Source: Octopus vulgaris (taxonomy: Eukaryota). Taken from it: 64,000 nt of DNA. A program made the translations under genes and the position numbers. Location: contig OX597818.1 of assembly GCA_951406725.2 (NCBI GenBank), positions 51,956,001 through 52,020,000 on the forward strand, written 5' to 3'. The notes below the pieces were generated by a model that did no database searches, was not told the origin of the DNA, and saw only the letters and a list, made by a program, of their open reading frames with translations. Each line of letters begins with the position of its first letter. The stretch's first letter is position 1. Positions 13,091 through 25,551 of this stretch are shown in pieces.

Positions 13091-13360
13091 ATCAATGGTA
13101 AAGAATAGACTACTCCGAGAGAATTTAAATGTGTGGTATAATCCGGGAAGGTAATGCAGGTGTAGAGAAGATCCAGGAATTAGGTAATCCAAAATATCAG
13201 TCAGACACGAGGGGCTTCTCTCAGCTTGCATCAGTCAAATAATCCACTCACAAAGCTTTGGTCGGCCTGGGGCTCTAGCAGAAGGCACTCGCCTAAGGTG
13301 CCACGCAGTGGGACTGGACCCGAAGCCATGTGATAAGGAAGCAAGCATCTTAGCACAAAC
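12930..13360 (-). mobile_element. Degenerate SINE family A with an insert (13093-13205) in its internal microsatellite
   Basis: Head and partial 3' half recognisable. Confidence 0.7.
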
Positions 13361-13874
13361 CGATGCCTCACCAGTCATCCTTGATCCAACAGACCTATGA
13401 ATCAAAGACATTCTTTCCGCGACCATTCTACCGGTTTTTCCCTAAGATTGTTCACCTCAAACAGTACAAAACACACCTGTTCTTATTTCTATATTTTTTT
13501 CCCTCTCAAAATAGCAGGTTGTATTTTGAGAGAGAGAAAAATATAGCAACAATTTGTAGGAGGTCGAAATATCACGTGGATATTTTCTCAATGGCTGCCA
13601 TATCGCTATATCGGTATAAAGTATATTGATTATATGGTGAAACTTTCATATAGTAAATAATACATTCTTTTCAACAGGCTAGACATATCGGCTGACATCG
13701 TTGTGCATTAATGATACTTACTTTTATATTATTGGAAATGAATGGAGTGAGAGAAGGAGGTGAACAGTAATATCAAGTGAAACGAAATTAAATACTATAC
13801 GGTATAGCTTCAGCATTAAATAGAGATATTTGTTTCACACACACGCACACACACAAAAAACACACACACACACA

Positions 13875-13937
<63 letters not shown>

Positions 13938-14079
13938 ATGTATGTATACTTATATAAACCGATGTTCGTGTGTATGAATATGTATATATACATATGTGTA
14001 TTTATATATGTATATAGATATAAATTTATACTATATATATATATATGTGTGTGTGTGTTGTGTGTATGTGTGTGTGTGT

Positions 14080-14314
14080 GTGTGAAGTATATTTGCCACT
14101 TAAATGTGGCTAACCACTAAGGGTGGATACTACTGTAGCTTGTAGCCCCAGGAGGACATCTTCTCCAGCTGGCTACTGACACACTTTCTATGCCCTCTCA
14201 GTATTTGAAAGTGTGTCAAGAGCCAGCCAGAGAAAATGTTCTCCTGGGGCTACAAGCTACAGTAGCATCCACCCTTAGTGGTTAGCCATATTTAAGTGGC
14301 AAATATACTTCACA
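14080..14314. repeat. Long inverted repeat (arms about 14080-14188 and 14206-14314) in microsatellite
   Basis: About 108-bp arms, roughly 90% complementary by eye. Confidence 0.8.
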
Positions 14315-14355
14315 TTGTTGTGCAGATACTGTTTATACCTCGTTCCGAGATTTAT

Positions 14356-14409
<54 letters not shown>

Positions 14410-14413
<4 letters not shown>

Positions 14414-14745
14414 AAAGATCCTAACATCACCATCAAAATGCATGACCAGATGCTGCAACAGCTTGGGTTTCAGGGAACCACAGCTCTTCAATATCCTTCC
14501 TAAATGCCTGAGAGACCTGCATGGTGTGGATGTGTGTTTCTTTAAAACTAAACTGGATCTCTTCTTGTCAGGGGTTCCAGATGAACCTACCTCTCGGCAG
14601 GAAACACAAATGCGGACAGCGGCGTCGAACTCTCTTGTTGATCAAGTGCCACGTATCAGAGGTGGTTTCACATACTAGTGTAGCTCATTCATCGGTGGTG
14701 CCCCAGCATGGGAGCAGCATTCGGGCTGAAACATTTTAAAGGATT
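14410..14745 (+). pseudogene. CR1-like LINE 3' end (ORF2 C-terminus plus 3' UTR)
   Basis: NSLGFREPQLFNILPKCLRDL..FKTKLDLFLSGVPDEP..SNSLVDQ; 3' UTR GGTGCCCCAGCATGG..CTGAAAC shared with SINE A tail. Confidence 0.8.
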
Positions 14746-14764
14746 TATATATATATATATAAAA

Positions 14765-15199
14765 ATGTTAAATAAAATGAGACAACAAAACCAAGGCTGT
14801 GTGGAATTTATAGGACATTTATAAAGAGATTGGTAGTCTTACAGCTGTTTCTGGGATATTAGGGATATCCCTTCATCAGAGACTATATGAGAGAGTTAAC
14901 TAGAGGGAAATAGCAGAGTTCAATATAAGGGGTTATTTTGGAAAAGGATAGATATAAGAAGTATGTTATTACTTTATTTTTATTCTCTTATTTCCCTTTA
15001 AACTTCCTGTGCCCATCCTTTTCTAAAATAACGTCTTATATTGAACTCCACTAGTTCCCTCTACTTAACACTCTCATAACGTCTCTGACGACGGGAAATC
15101 CCTAATATATCAGAAACAGCTTTAAGACTACCTTTCTCTATATAAAGGTCCTATAAATTCCAAACAGCCTTGGCTTTGTTATCTCATTTTATCTAACAT
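14765..15199. mobile_element. Tail-to-tail inverted PLE termini, each with a hammerhead motif
   Basis: About 200-bp inverted arms (14765-14962, 15001-15199); hammerheads at 14834-14885(-) and 15081-15128(+). Confidence 0.75.
14834..14885 (-). ncRNA. Minimal type I hammerhead ribozyme (candidate)
   Basis: TAGTCT-CTGATGA-A-GGGATAT-CCCTA-ATATCCC-A-GAAAC-AGCT-GTA-AGACTA: intact core, stem I 6 bp, stem II 7 bp, palindromic stem III, GUA site. Confidence 0.75.
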
Positions 15200-15346
15200 A
15201 TACATACTCATACAAGACCCGCATTAGACGCCTTATTCGCATTATTATCGAAACGAGAGTCTAAACACGGTCCTCCCGTAGTGCTTACATACCCATAACT
15301 GCCATCTTGGTTTTCTGGATATCAATGCCTCTCATATTACACACAC

Positions 15347-15413
<67 letters not shown>

Positions 15414-15499
15414 ATACATGAATATATATAAATATACATAAATATATAAATATATATACGTACATATATATATGTACATACACACACACACATATATTT

Positions 15500-15712
15500 T
15501 TTCTGTAGTTTTAGCTCAGAGCTGCGGCCATGCTGATGCATCGCCGTTTTGCTACACTGTTATTACTGAGAGCCTTCTCCAATATGTGGCACTTCGTGAA
15601 GAATGGAGTTTCATGTAGCTACCCTCATTTGCACCTCTTGTCGTGAGGTAGGTTCATCTGGGACTCTCGACAGGAAGATGTCCAGCTTTGATTTAAAAAC
15701 GCCTACATCTAC
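15500..15712 (-). pseudogene. CR1-like LINE 3' end, second copy
   Basis: [30 protein letters not shown]; tail CAGCATGGCCGCAGC. Confidence 0.8.
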
Positions 15713-15773
15713 ATATGTGCACGTTCCTCGGGTTGCTGCAGTAACTGTCCTGAAGCACGATAGCGTTGCTGGG

Positions 15774-15808
<35 letters not shown>

Positions 15809-15888
15809 CATACATATACACACACATATGTTCATACATACACATACGTATATATACATGCATAAATACATATATATATGCATATGTA

Positions 15889-15935
<47 letters not shown>

Positions 15936-15950
15936 GTATATACATACATA

Positions 15951-15995
<45 letters not shown>

Positions 15996-16000
15996 ATATA

Positions 16001-16037
<37 letters not shown>

Positions 16038-16068
16038 ACGCATATAAAATATCCAAGGGTATATCTTT

Positions 16069-16163
16069 CTCCCTCTGAAGATATTATGCTTTGATCATAT
16101 CAATTTCACATTTACTTAATATTTACTGAGTATTAAAGTATTAATTGAAGCAGCTGTAAAAGA
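16069..16163 (+). ncRNA. Degenerate hammerhead-like motif with long stem II
   Basis: CTGAAGA (16075) .. long AT-rich stem .. GAAGC-AGCT-GTA (16147-16158). Confidence 0.4.
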
Positions 16164-16379
16164 TGATAATTAATTTGCTGTTAATAATGAATAATTATTA
16201 ACTTCCCAATCTCCATTTTCCTTTTTCTCCTGGTATATGAATATAAGCTATATATTTATATATATATATATATATCTTAAGGAAATTAATTCACCCAAAT
16301 ACTAGGCATTGAGTCAGTATTTCTTTGGATGAAGCCATACCTTCATAAGGTTAACATAACCTCAATCGATATATATCTC

Positions 16380-16732
16380 TCTCTTTTACTTTTTTACTTG
16401 TTTCAGTCATTTGACTGCGGCCATGCTGAGCACCGCCTTTAGTCGAGCAAATCGACCCCGGGACTTGTAAGCCCAGTACTTATTCTATCGGTCTGTTTTG
16501 CCAAACCGCAAAGTGACGGGTAGGGGACGTAAACACACCAGCAATGCTAGGGGGACAAACACTGACACACAAACACACACACATACACATATATATTATA
16601 TACGACAGGCTTCTTTCAGTTTCCGTTTACCAAATCCACTCACAAGGCATTGGTCGGCCCGGGCTATATCAGAAGACACTTGCCCATGATGTGGTTGGTT
16701 AGCAAGCTACTTACCACACAGCCATTCCTGCG

Positions 16733-16735
<3 letters not shown>
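16380..16735 (-). mobile_element. SINE family A with internal deletions
   Basis: Match to family A. Confidence 0.85.
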
Positions 16736-16764
<29 letters not shown>

Positions 16765-16766
<2 letters not shown>

Positions 16767-16962
16767 TAGAGTTTATGAAAAAACAAAAGACGAAGACAGG
16801 TGAGTGTACAAAACAAACAGATGTATTAGTATAACGCTTAGGAATTGAAAAAGTCTTTTACGTTTCGAGCCTACGCTCTTCTACAGAAAGGGACACAGAA
16901 AAAACAAGGAGAGAAACAAGGAGAGAAAAAAATGTGTGTAGTGGCTAACGATCTATCATGGC
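16765..16962 (-). mobile_element. Putative PLE terminus with hammerhead-like motif (16855-16890)
   Basis: Homologue of 8283-8465; CTTT-CTGTAGA-A-GAGC-GTAG-GCTC-GAAAC-GTA-AAAG. Confidence 0.6.
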
Positions 16963-16981
16963 GACTACATACATACAGACA

Positions 16982-17030
<49 letters not shown>

Positions 17031-17212
17031 GTATAACGGGAAGCTTTATGAAAATAATATAAATATATATATATTTATATATATATATATACATATACGT
17101 ATGTATATATCTATATATGTATGTATATATCTATATATGTATGTATATAAGTATGTATGTATGTATGTATGTATGTATGTATGTATGTATGTATGTATGT
17201 ATGTACGTATGT

Positions 17213-17635
17213 GTATGGCTGTATGGTAAGAAGCTTGCTTCCAAACCACATGGTTCCGGGTTTAGTCACCCTGTGTGATACCTTGGGCAAGTGTCTTTTA
17301 TTATAACCTCCAGCCGACCAAGGCCTTGTGAGTAGACGTGGTAGAAGGAACCTGAAAGACGCCCATCGTATATATATGTGTGTGTGTGTGTACGTGTGTG
17401 TGTGAGTGCGTTTATGATTGTGTGTCTCTGTGTTTGTTTCCCCGCTACCATCTTTTGACGGCCGACGTTGGCGTGTTTACGTTAACATAGCGGCGCATCA
17501 AATGAACCCAACAGAACAAGTACTAGGCTTACAAAGTAATATTCCTGGGCTCAATTTCCTTGACTAAAAACCCTTAAAAGGCGGTGCTCCAGCATGGCAG
17601 CAGTCAAATGTCTGAAACAAGTAAAAATAAAAGAA
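17213..17635 (+). mobile_element. Diverged SINE family A
   Basis: Head, core and tail recognisable; further fragments at 17775-18030 and 18395-18550. Confidence 0.8.
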
Positions 17636-17661
17636 TACACACACACACACACACACATACA

Positions 17662-17726
<65 letters not shown>

Positions 17727-18029
17727 ATATATATATATATATACACACATATATAGGCATACATGTGTATTTTCTCTTTCATGTTTCAGTCAATTGACTG
17801 TGGTCATGTTGAAGCACCGTCTTTAGTCGAATATATCGACCCCAGGACTTATCCTTTGTAAGCCTAGCACTTCTTCTATCGGTTGTTTTTTGCTGAACCG
17901 CTAGGTTACGTGGACATAACACACCTGCATCGGTTGTCAAACGATGGTGGGAGAACCCGGAGGTTGGCAACAAGTTTTGCTCAAAGCGATGCCCCAGCAT
18001 GGCCGCAGTCTAAAAGACTGAAACATGTA

Positions 18030-18057
<28 letters not shown>

Positions 18058-18064
<7 letters not shown>

Positions 18065-18320
18065 CAAAATAAGCAACTAGTATATCCGATGTAATGTGGT
18101 ACAATCGTTTCATGCTACCTCATTTTATTTAAAACTGATGTAATACTTACAGTGTTTAATAAAATGTAGCATAGAAAGATTGTACCACATTACCTCGGAT
18201 ATACTTGTTGCTTATTTTGATTATAATCACCCCATGGATTTATATGGATAATACCATACAAAATTCTGGTGCCTTTGACTTAAGTACCATATTCATCTGA
18301 ATCTAAATTTTGCTGAACTT
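18058..18320. mobile_element. Putative PLE terminus with inverted repeat (18058-18130 / 18158-18226)
   Basis: Same family as 54205-54470; carries the 3' half of a hammerhead (GAAAC-GATT-GTA-CCAC). Confidence 0.6.
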
Positions 18321-18393
<73 letters not shown>

Positions 18394-18881
18394 ATGGTCC
18401 TCTTTCACTTTTCATCTACCAAATCCACTCACAAGGCTTTGGTCAGCACTAGGTTATAGGAGAAAACACTTGCCCAAGTTGCCACGCAGTGGGACTGAAC
18501 CTGGAACCATGTGGTTGGGAAGCAAGCTTCTTACCACACAACCACTCCTGAATATAGTTAATTCATATATTTAGTGTTGTAGGACTCTTTGCCAGCTTCC
18601 TTCAGTCTGTTCAATATACCATTCACGTTGAAAATATTCTTGTTTTTTCCTAATATTTCAATCACCTTTTGTTAGTATTGAATGTCAAAGCTGTCTCAAA
18701 TCTGAGATTGATTTTCGCGCGCCTGACATGACTTTAATTTCCTCTCTCTTTCACTTTCGTTCTGTCTTTATCACTTTATGCGTTGTTCCGGCGTATGTTT
18801 GCGCATGCGTGTATGTGAGGCGTTTGTGCTTGTGCGAATGTGTGTATTTATGTGTATGTCTGTCGCTGGAGCTTAACAGTC

Positions 18882-19124
18882 ACTCTTTTACTCGTTTACT
18901 CTTTTACTTGTTTCAGTCATTTGGCTGCGGCCATGCTGGAGCACCGCCTTTAGTCGGGCAAATCTACACCAGGACTTATTCTTTGTAAGCCTAGTACTTA
19001 TTCTATCGGTCTCTTTTGCCGAACTGCTAAGTTACCGGGACGTAAGCACACCAGCATCGGTTGTCAAGCGATGTTGGGGGGGACAAACACAGTCACACAA
19101 ACATATATACACACACATATATAC

Positions 19125-19182
<58 letters not shown>

Positions 19183-19345
19183 GACGGGCTTCCTTTCAGT
19201 TTCCTTCTACCAAATCCACTCGCAAGGCTTTAGTCGGCCTGAGGTTATAGCAGAAGACATGTGCCCAAGGTGCCATGCAGTGGGACTGAACCCGGAACCA
19301 TGTGGTTGGTAAGTAAGCTACTTAATACACAGACACTTCTGCGCC
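18882..19345 (-). mobile_element. SINE family A
   Basis: Full-length match. Confidence 0.9.
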
Positions 19346-19445
19346 TATGTACAAAATGTGTATATAACTATGCGACAAGACGCATACAAACACATGCATG
19401 TGTATATATTTATACACACATATTCATATTTACTCATAAATAGAC

Positions 19446-19524
<79 letters not shown>

Positions 19525-20011
19525 CACGCACATACGTGAACGCTAGATGAAATCTGCAAAAGAATATTCAGCAACGTATATTTCTTATTAAATCCCAACG
19601 GACAAACATACGCCATTATGAAAATTTCTTTAAGCTCGTAATATATATATTTTAATTTCGCAAATGGCAAGCAAAGTAAGCGATCCCTGACTAATATTTA
19701 ATGAAAGACAAAACTGTATTACTTGATCCGCTCTTCTAGCTATAGCAAATGTTCGGTTTCCAAATATTGTCACAACCAAGAGCGTGCCTTGCTTATTGTT
19801 ATATATCGATATATTATTAGTCTCGAATATAAATTTATTTCATTCCAATAAACAACTTCCCTATAAACTTCTGTCATTCGAATTCTTTCTCTGTTGTTAC
19901 ATGTTTGTGTGTATGTGTATTGTTGTATTTCGGGACGGTCATTTTTTTTTCTCAAATAAACACACGAACTATATATTTTTGTTCACTCATTTATTAGTTT
20001 TTATTTTAACA

Positions 20012-20060
<49 letters not shown>

Positions 20061-20064
20061 TCGT

Positions 20065-20880
20065 GTGTCGTCTGCCGTTACGTTCTGAGTTCAAATTCCG
20101 CCGAGGTCGACTTGCCTTTCATCCTTTCAGGGTCGATTAAATTAAGTACCAGTTACGCACTGGGGACAATGGAATCGACTTAATCCGTTTGTCTGTCCTT
20201 GTTTGTCCCCTCTATGTTTAGCTCCTTGTGGACAATAAAGAAATAAGAATCGTTAACACGCGGGGCGAAATACCGATAAGTTCAAATTTCGCTGAGATAG
20301 ACTTTTCCATTCAGGTTCGATTAAATAAGTACCAGTTGCGCACTGCGGTCGGTGTAATGGACTTAATTCCGCCTTCCCACAAGCTGCCCCTGCGACAAAA
20401 TTTTGAAATTATTATTATCCTTTTCACTATGGGCACAAGACATGAAAATTTTGTGGGGAGGCTGGATGCTGGTCGATTACAGCGGCCCCAGTGTATAACT
20501 GATGATTTATTTTATCGACCGCGACGGGAAGAACGGCAAAGTCGACCTCGGTAGAATTTGAACTCAGAGCGTAAAGCCGGAAGAAATGCTAATTAGCATT
20601 TCGACCGACACATTATTTGTAACATAGGGAAGATGTTAGCCGATTATATCGCCCCAATACTTGAGTCAATACAAATAATTCATAAGGAAATAGGTATTTC
20701 GTCTGTCTTTACGTTCTGAGTTCAAATTCAGTCGAGGTCGACTTTGCCTTTCATCCTTTTCGGAGTCGATAAATTAAGTACCAGTTACGTACTGGGGTCG
20801 ATGTAATCGACTTAATCCGTTTGTCTCTCCTTGTTTGTCCCCTCTGTGTTTAGCCCCTTGTGGGTAGTAAAGAAATAGGT
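20065..20880. mobile_element. Cluster of SINE family B copies and fragments in both orientations
   Basis: Plus copies 20065-20400 and 20690-20880; minus fragment 20470-20610. Confidence 0.8.
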
Positions 20881-21235
20881 ATATAGTATAAACAATGACA
20901 TTATCTTTCCAAATATGGCAGCATTTCACATCGAAGGTTTGGTCTTTCGAAGTTATCTTGGTGTATTAGTCGACCTAACTCTTTTGGGAGTAAATTTTGG
21001 TTTGAAAAATTCGTCTTGTATGCCGGATAATACGTAACAAGCAGGTTCGTTTTTCCAGTAATTATTTCGGTTATTTTGGCGATTTAAATATAATTAAGTG
21101 GCACATTGTGCTGAAAATGCTCCCCAGTGCCGCAGGTGGTGCACGTCTTCAGCTGAATCGATTAGAGCCTGATAATTGAAACCCATAAGCTAGCGATTGC
21201 CAGCTTAACACATCGTAGGAACGTTATACATACAT

Positions 21236-21268
<33 letters not shown>

Positions 21269-21269
21269 T

Positions 21270-21698
21270 AAGCATTTCACCCGGCTTACTAACGTTTCTT
21301 ATTTCTTTATTGCCCACAAGGAGCTAAACACAGAGGGGACAAACAAGGACAGACAAAGGATTAAGTCGATTACATCGACCCCAGTTCGTAACTGGTACTT
21401 ATTTAATCGACCCCGAAAGGATGAAAAGCAAAGTCGACCTCGGCGGAATTTGAACAAGTAACGAGACGAAATACTATTTCTTTATTACCCACAAGAGGTT
21501 AAACATAGAGGGGACAAACATAGGGATTAAGTCGATTACATCGACCCCAGTGCGTAACTGATACTTAATTTAATCGATCCCGAAAGGATGAGAGGCAAAG
21601 TCGACCTCGGCGGAATTTGAACTCACAACGTAACGGCAGACGAAATACCGCTAAGCATTTCGCCCGGCGCGCTAACGTTTCTGCCAGCTCGCCGCCTT
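21270..21698 (-). mobile_element. Tandem SINE family B
   Basis: Two head-to-tail units plus part of a third head. Confidence 0.85.
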
Positions 21699-22245
21699 AG
21701 CCATTGTGAATATTACAATACACTTGATTATGCATTAAACTACATACACAAATAATGAGTGAACGAGTGAGTGAGGAGTTGAGTGTGATAGACAGAGTGT
21801 GAGTGAAACAGTGACAGTAATAGAGAGTGGATTCCCCTTGCTAATTGACCATATATTCACATATTGAGAGCTATGGCTTTTCTTTTTCTTTACATATCAT
21901 ATATTACATTTATACTTTCGAAAAATCAATATTTTAAATCTTCCATCCTTCGATTACTCTCCTTTTTGGTGATTGCCTTTACCACCGAATATATGACCCA
22001 TCTTCAAATTATGTGCAAAAGTCAGCTTTATTAATTATCAACTGCATTTTATACTATTTAATTAAAAATAAACTTAATTAAATTCTTTAAAATTTTTGTT
22101 GTATATTCATAATTATCTATATAACTTTCTGTCTTTATCTACGTAATTACGTATCTATTATGTAAATGTGTGTGTGTGTACATATATAAGGGTGTATATA
22201 CATGTATGCCTATACGATTGTATATACGTATGCATAGACATATAC

Positions 22246-22313
<68 letters not shown>

Positions 22314-22327
22314 GTCTATCTATCTCT

Positions 22328-22383
<56 letters not shown>

Positions 22384-22392
22384 GCACACGCG

Positions 22393-22432
<40 letters not shown>

Positions 22433-22552
22433 GATCGATAGGTATTTAGCTAGATTAAAAATATAGCTAGATCGATAGACAGACAGACAGATAACATTCT
22501 ATATTGGCCACACAGGACTGAACACAGAGGGGACAAATACAAATGTTGAGAG

Positions 22553-22687
<135 letters not shown>

Positions 22688-22709
22688 TGATAGAAAACAT
22701 GACTTTTAA

Positions 22710-23616
22710 CCCCTCGACTACGGTTGACGCAAATATGCGATCACGCTTTTGCTTGCCAATCCGCGGTTAACGTAAATATACGATGTAGAGCTGCCCTACA
22801 TCTATCACGGACTTTTTAGCGGCTGACTTATGTTTACGTTCGCTATCGTGTACTTTATCTCTTGAGGCGCATGCGCTCGGCGTCCCGTGTTATTTCAGGT
22901 TACGTTCAAGTCATGAGATTTGAAGTAGACCAATGACATGCGGATACTTTACATGCATAATGCCGTGTTTTGAGTTGTACCACACGCAAGATATTTTCTG
23001 AACTTGAGCAGAATAACTCGTGCATATATATTTCTTTACTACACACAAGGGGCTACACACAGAGAGGACAAACAAGGACAGACAAACGGATTAAGTCGAT
23101 TACATCGACCCCCAGTGCGTAACTGGTACTTATTTAATCGACCCCGAAATGGATGAAAGGCAAAGTCGACCTGGGCGGAATTTGAACTCAGAACGTAGCG
23201 GCAGACGAAATACTTATTTCTTTACTACCCACAAGGGGCTAAACACAGAGGGGACAAACAAGGACAGACAAACGGATCAAGTCGATTAGATTGACCCCAG
23301 TGCGTAACTGGTACTTAATTTATCGACCCTGAAAGGATGAAAGGCAAAGCCGACCTCGGCGGAATTTGAACTCAGAACGTATGCCAGCTCGTGCATATCT
23401 TGAGTAGAATAACTCATGCATATCACATTATGATAAATAGCTTCACATAGTTTGTTTTCATAAAACCGGTAGACGTAAATGTACGACGCTATGTTATTGT
23501 AATGGTGAACGTAAATAGACGCGAGCTCGTTGGCACTTGTGTGTTTGTGTGGCTTCAGATAAAAAAAAAAACGGAGCAGTGTCTCGCATACTTCGGGTAA
23601 TACCGGCGTCAAGGGG
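22710..23616. mobile_element. piggyBac-type MITE (TTAA TSD) interrupted by a SINE B dimer
   Basis: TTAA-CCCCTCGACTACGGT ... ACCGGCGTCAAGGGG-TTAA; subterminal ACGTAAAT-like repeats. Confidence 0.75.
23028..23387 (-). mobile_element. SINE family B dimer flanked by one TSD
   Basis: CTCGTGCATAT at 23017-23027 and 23388-23398. Confidence 0.85.
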
Positions 23617-23647
23617 TTAAAGGAGTGCTGTCATACAAATGGGTAAA

Positions 23648-24051
23648 GGGATCTTTTCGCTTTGACCGGCAGTTTTTTAGAATAATTTCTAGGTAACTAA
23701 ACATTTTTAAACTTCGTATACTGGTAGAATGTGTTTATAAAATATCTTTTTCTCTTGGCTTTATTGAGAAAATTCTATAGTTTGTAAGATATTTGTTGCT
23801 GTTTTTTCTTCAATTTCTGCAATTTCAACCAATCAATGACGTCTATTGAGGTAAAAAAAACATTCTGTGCCGTATGAATATGTCCCTCGTTTAAGAAACA
23901 GATGGGTTTATTTACATTTGGGAAGAAAAAAAGATACCCTTCCCCATACCCCTAACCCTAACCCTAACCCTAAAACAGATTGAAATGCAATAGATCGATA
24001 CTAGGGTCATAATTATGGGTGACAATTTCATATGACACCGCTAGAAAAAAC
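23648..24051. mobile_element. Probable non-autonomous DNA element containing (CCCTAA)4
   Basis: Telomere-type hexamers 23950-23973; partly complementary ends GTTTTTTAG / CTAGAAAAAAC. Confidence 0.4.
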
Positions 24052-24059
24052 GAGAATAA

Positions 24060-25250
24060 TTATAGGTTTGGAGGAAGAAAGAAAAAGCAATGATGAGCAA
24101 GAATGAAAGATGAGTTATTAAAGCTAAAATAGGTAAAATCCAACGATATCATCGTGTGAACCTCTTGTAACAGATTCAGAGCGTGTACTGTCAGAAAGAA
24201 CAAGGATGAAAAACAAAAAAAAAATGCTCTATCAACGGATTTGCAAACAATAGAGAGAAATATCTGCGATGATTGAAATGTGACGTGATTTGCCATGTTT
24301 GGTTATATATTGCAATGAAAAGCTCATTCCTTTAAGTAAGTAATATAGCCATCAGGCTCTTTGCAAAAAGAAGAAAAAAACTGAGCTGAACGCAGACATG
24401 GCTGTGCGATTAAGAAGCTCTCTTTGCAACTAAATGCCCCAGAATGACCGCAGTCCAATGACTGAAACAAGTAGAAGGGAAAAGATGAAACAGACGAAAC
24501 ATTTCTGAAAATTGTCAGTGGTTCATCACGTTTAGAAAACCTTGTAGAATCTCCATTGTTAGCGTTATACGGGAAAGTGCAAAAGCAGACGACACTACAG
24601 CGGTCAGATATTATGTCGAATTGAGAAGATAGAGATTATGTAATGAATAGACTATAAATGTTGACGAACAGGGATTGGTTAGGAATAGCATGCCGAACTC
24701 TAATACTTGGAGAAGAAAGAAAAGCTGTGACATGGGTCTAAAGTGTGTTTTATAAGGTAGAAATGCTACGGGTGATTTAAAATTGAAAGCCATGTTAATT
24801 ATCGGGCTGAATAAAAAAACTCATGTGTTTTTAGTTCTGCAAGTATTCCCAGCAAATTTATTAGAAATTCAACTTTTTTTTAAAAAGAAAAAATGGGACA
24901 AGAAAGTATCTTGAGCTACAAATCTTTCTTTGAAGATTGGTTCCAGAATTTTTTCTGACATGAGACTCTCCGGAAATTATTAAACATAAATTTAGATTTC
25001 GAAATTTAATTAATTTGGATAATGATTTGCGTAACACAACACTTGGTAATTGACTTGATAATATTATAATTGTATTTTTATCACCAAATATGACGTCGTC
25101 GCTGCAGCCAATGGGCCAGTAACATTGAGGCCCACAACTTTAGCAAGACTTTGATTCAAGTTATCGAGGAAACACAAAGAAAAAGAAAACAGGAGGAAAT
25201 GCAATTAATTTTGGGGAAGTATTTTAACATAAAGAAATAGACATGTAATG
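24060..25250 (+). pseudogene. Decayed Tigger/pogo (CENP-B-like) DDE transposase
   Basis: Frame-shifted motifs GESAKAD, NVDEQGL, NATGDLKLK, EDWFQNFF, LDN, FLSPNMTSSLQPMGQ in the expected order. Confidence 0.7.
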
Positions 25251-25316
25251 GTGAATGTATCACTCGTCTAATTGCTTATAACACTGCACAATGTTAAAAC
25301 AATCAGACAACATATA

Positions 25317-25551
25317 TATATTTCTTTACTGCCCACAAGGGGTTAAACATAGAGAGAACAAACAAGGACAGACAAACGGATTAAGTCGAATACCTCGACC
25401 CCAGTGCGAAACTGGTACTTTGTTTATCGACCCCGAAAGAATGAAAAGCAAAGTCGACCTCGGTGGAATTTGTACTGAGAACGTAACGGCAGACGAAATA
25501 CCGCTAAGCATTTCGCCTGGCGCGCTAACGTTTCTGCCAGCTCGCCGCCTT
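25317..25551 (-). mobile_element. Full-length SINE family B with 17-bp TSD
   Basis: CAATCAGACAACATATA at 25300-25316 and 25552-25568. Confidence 0.9.
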
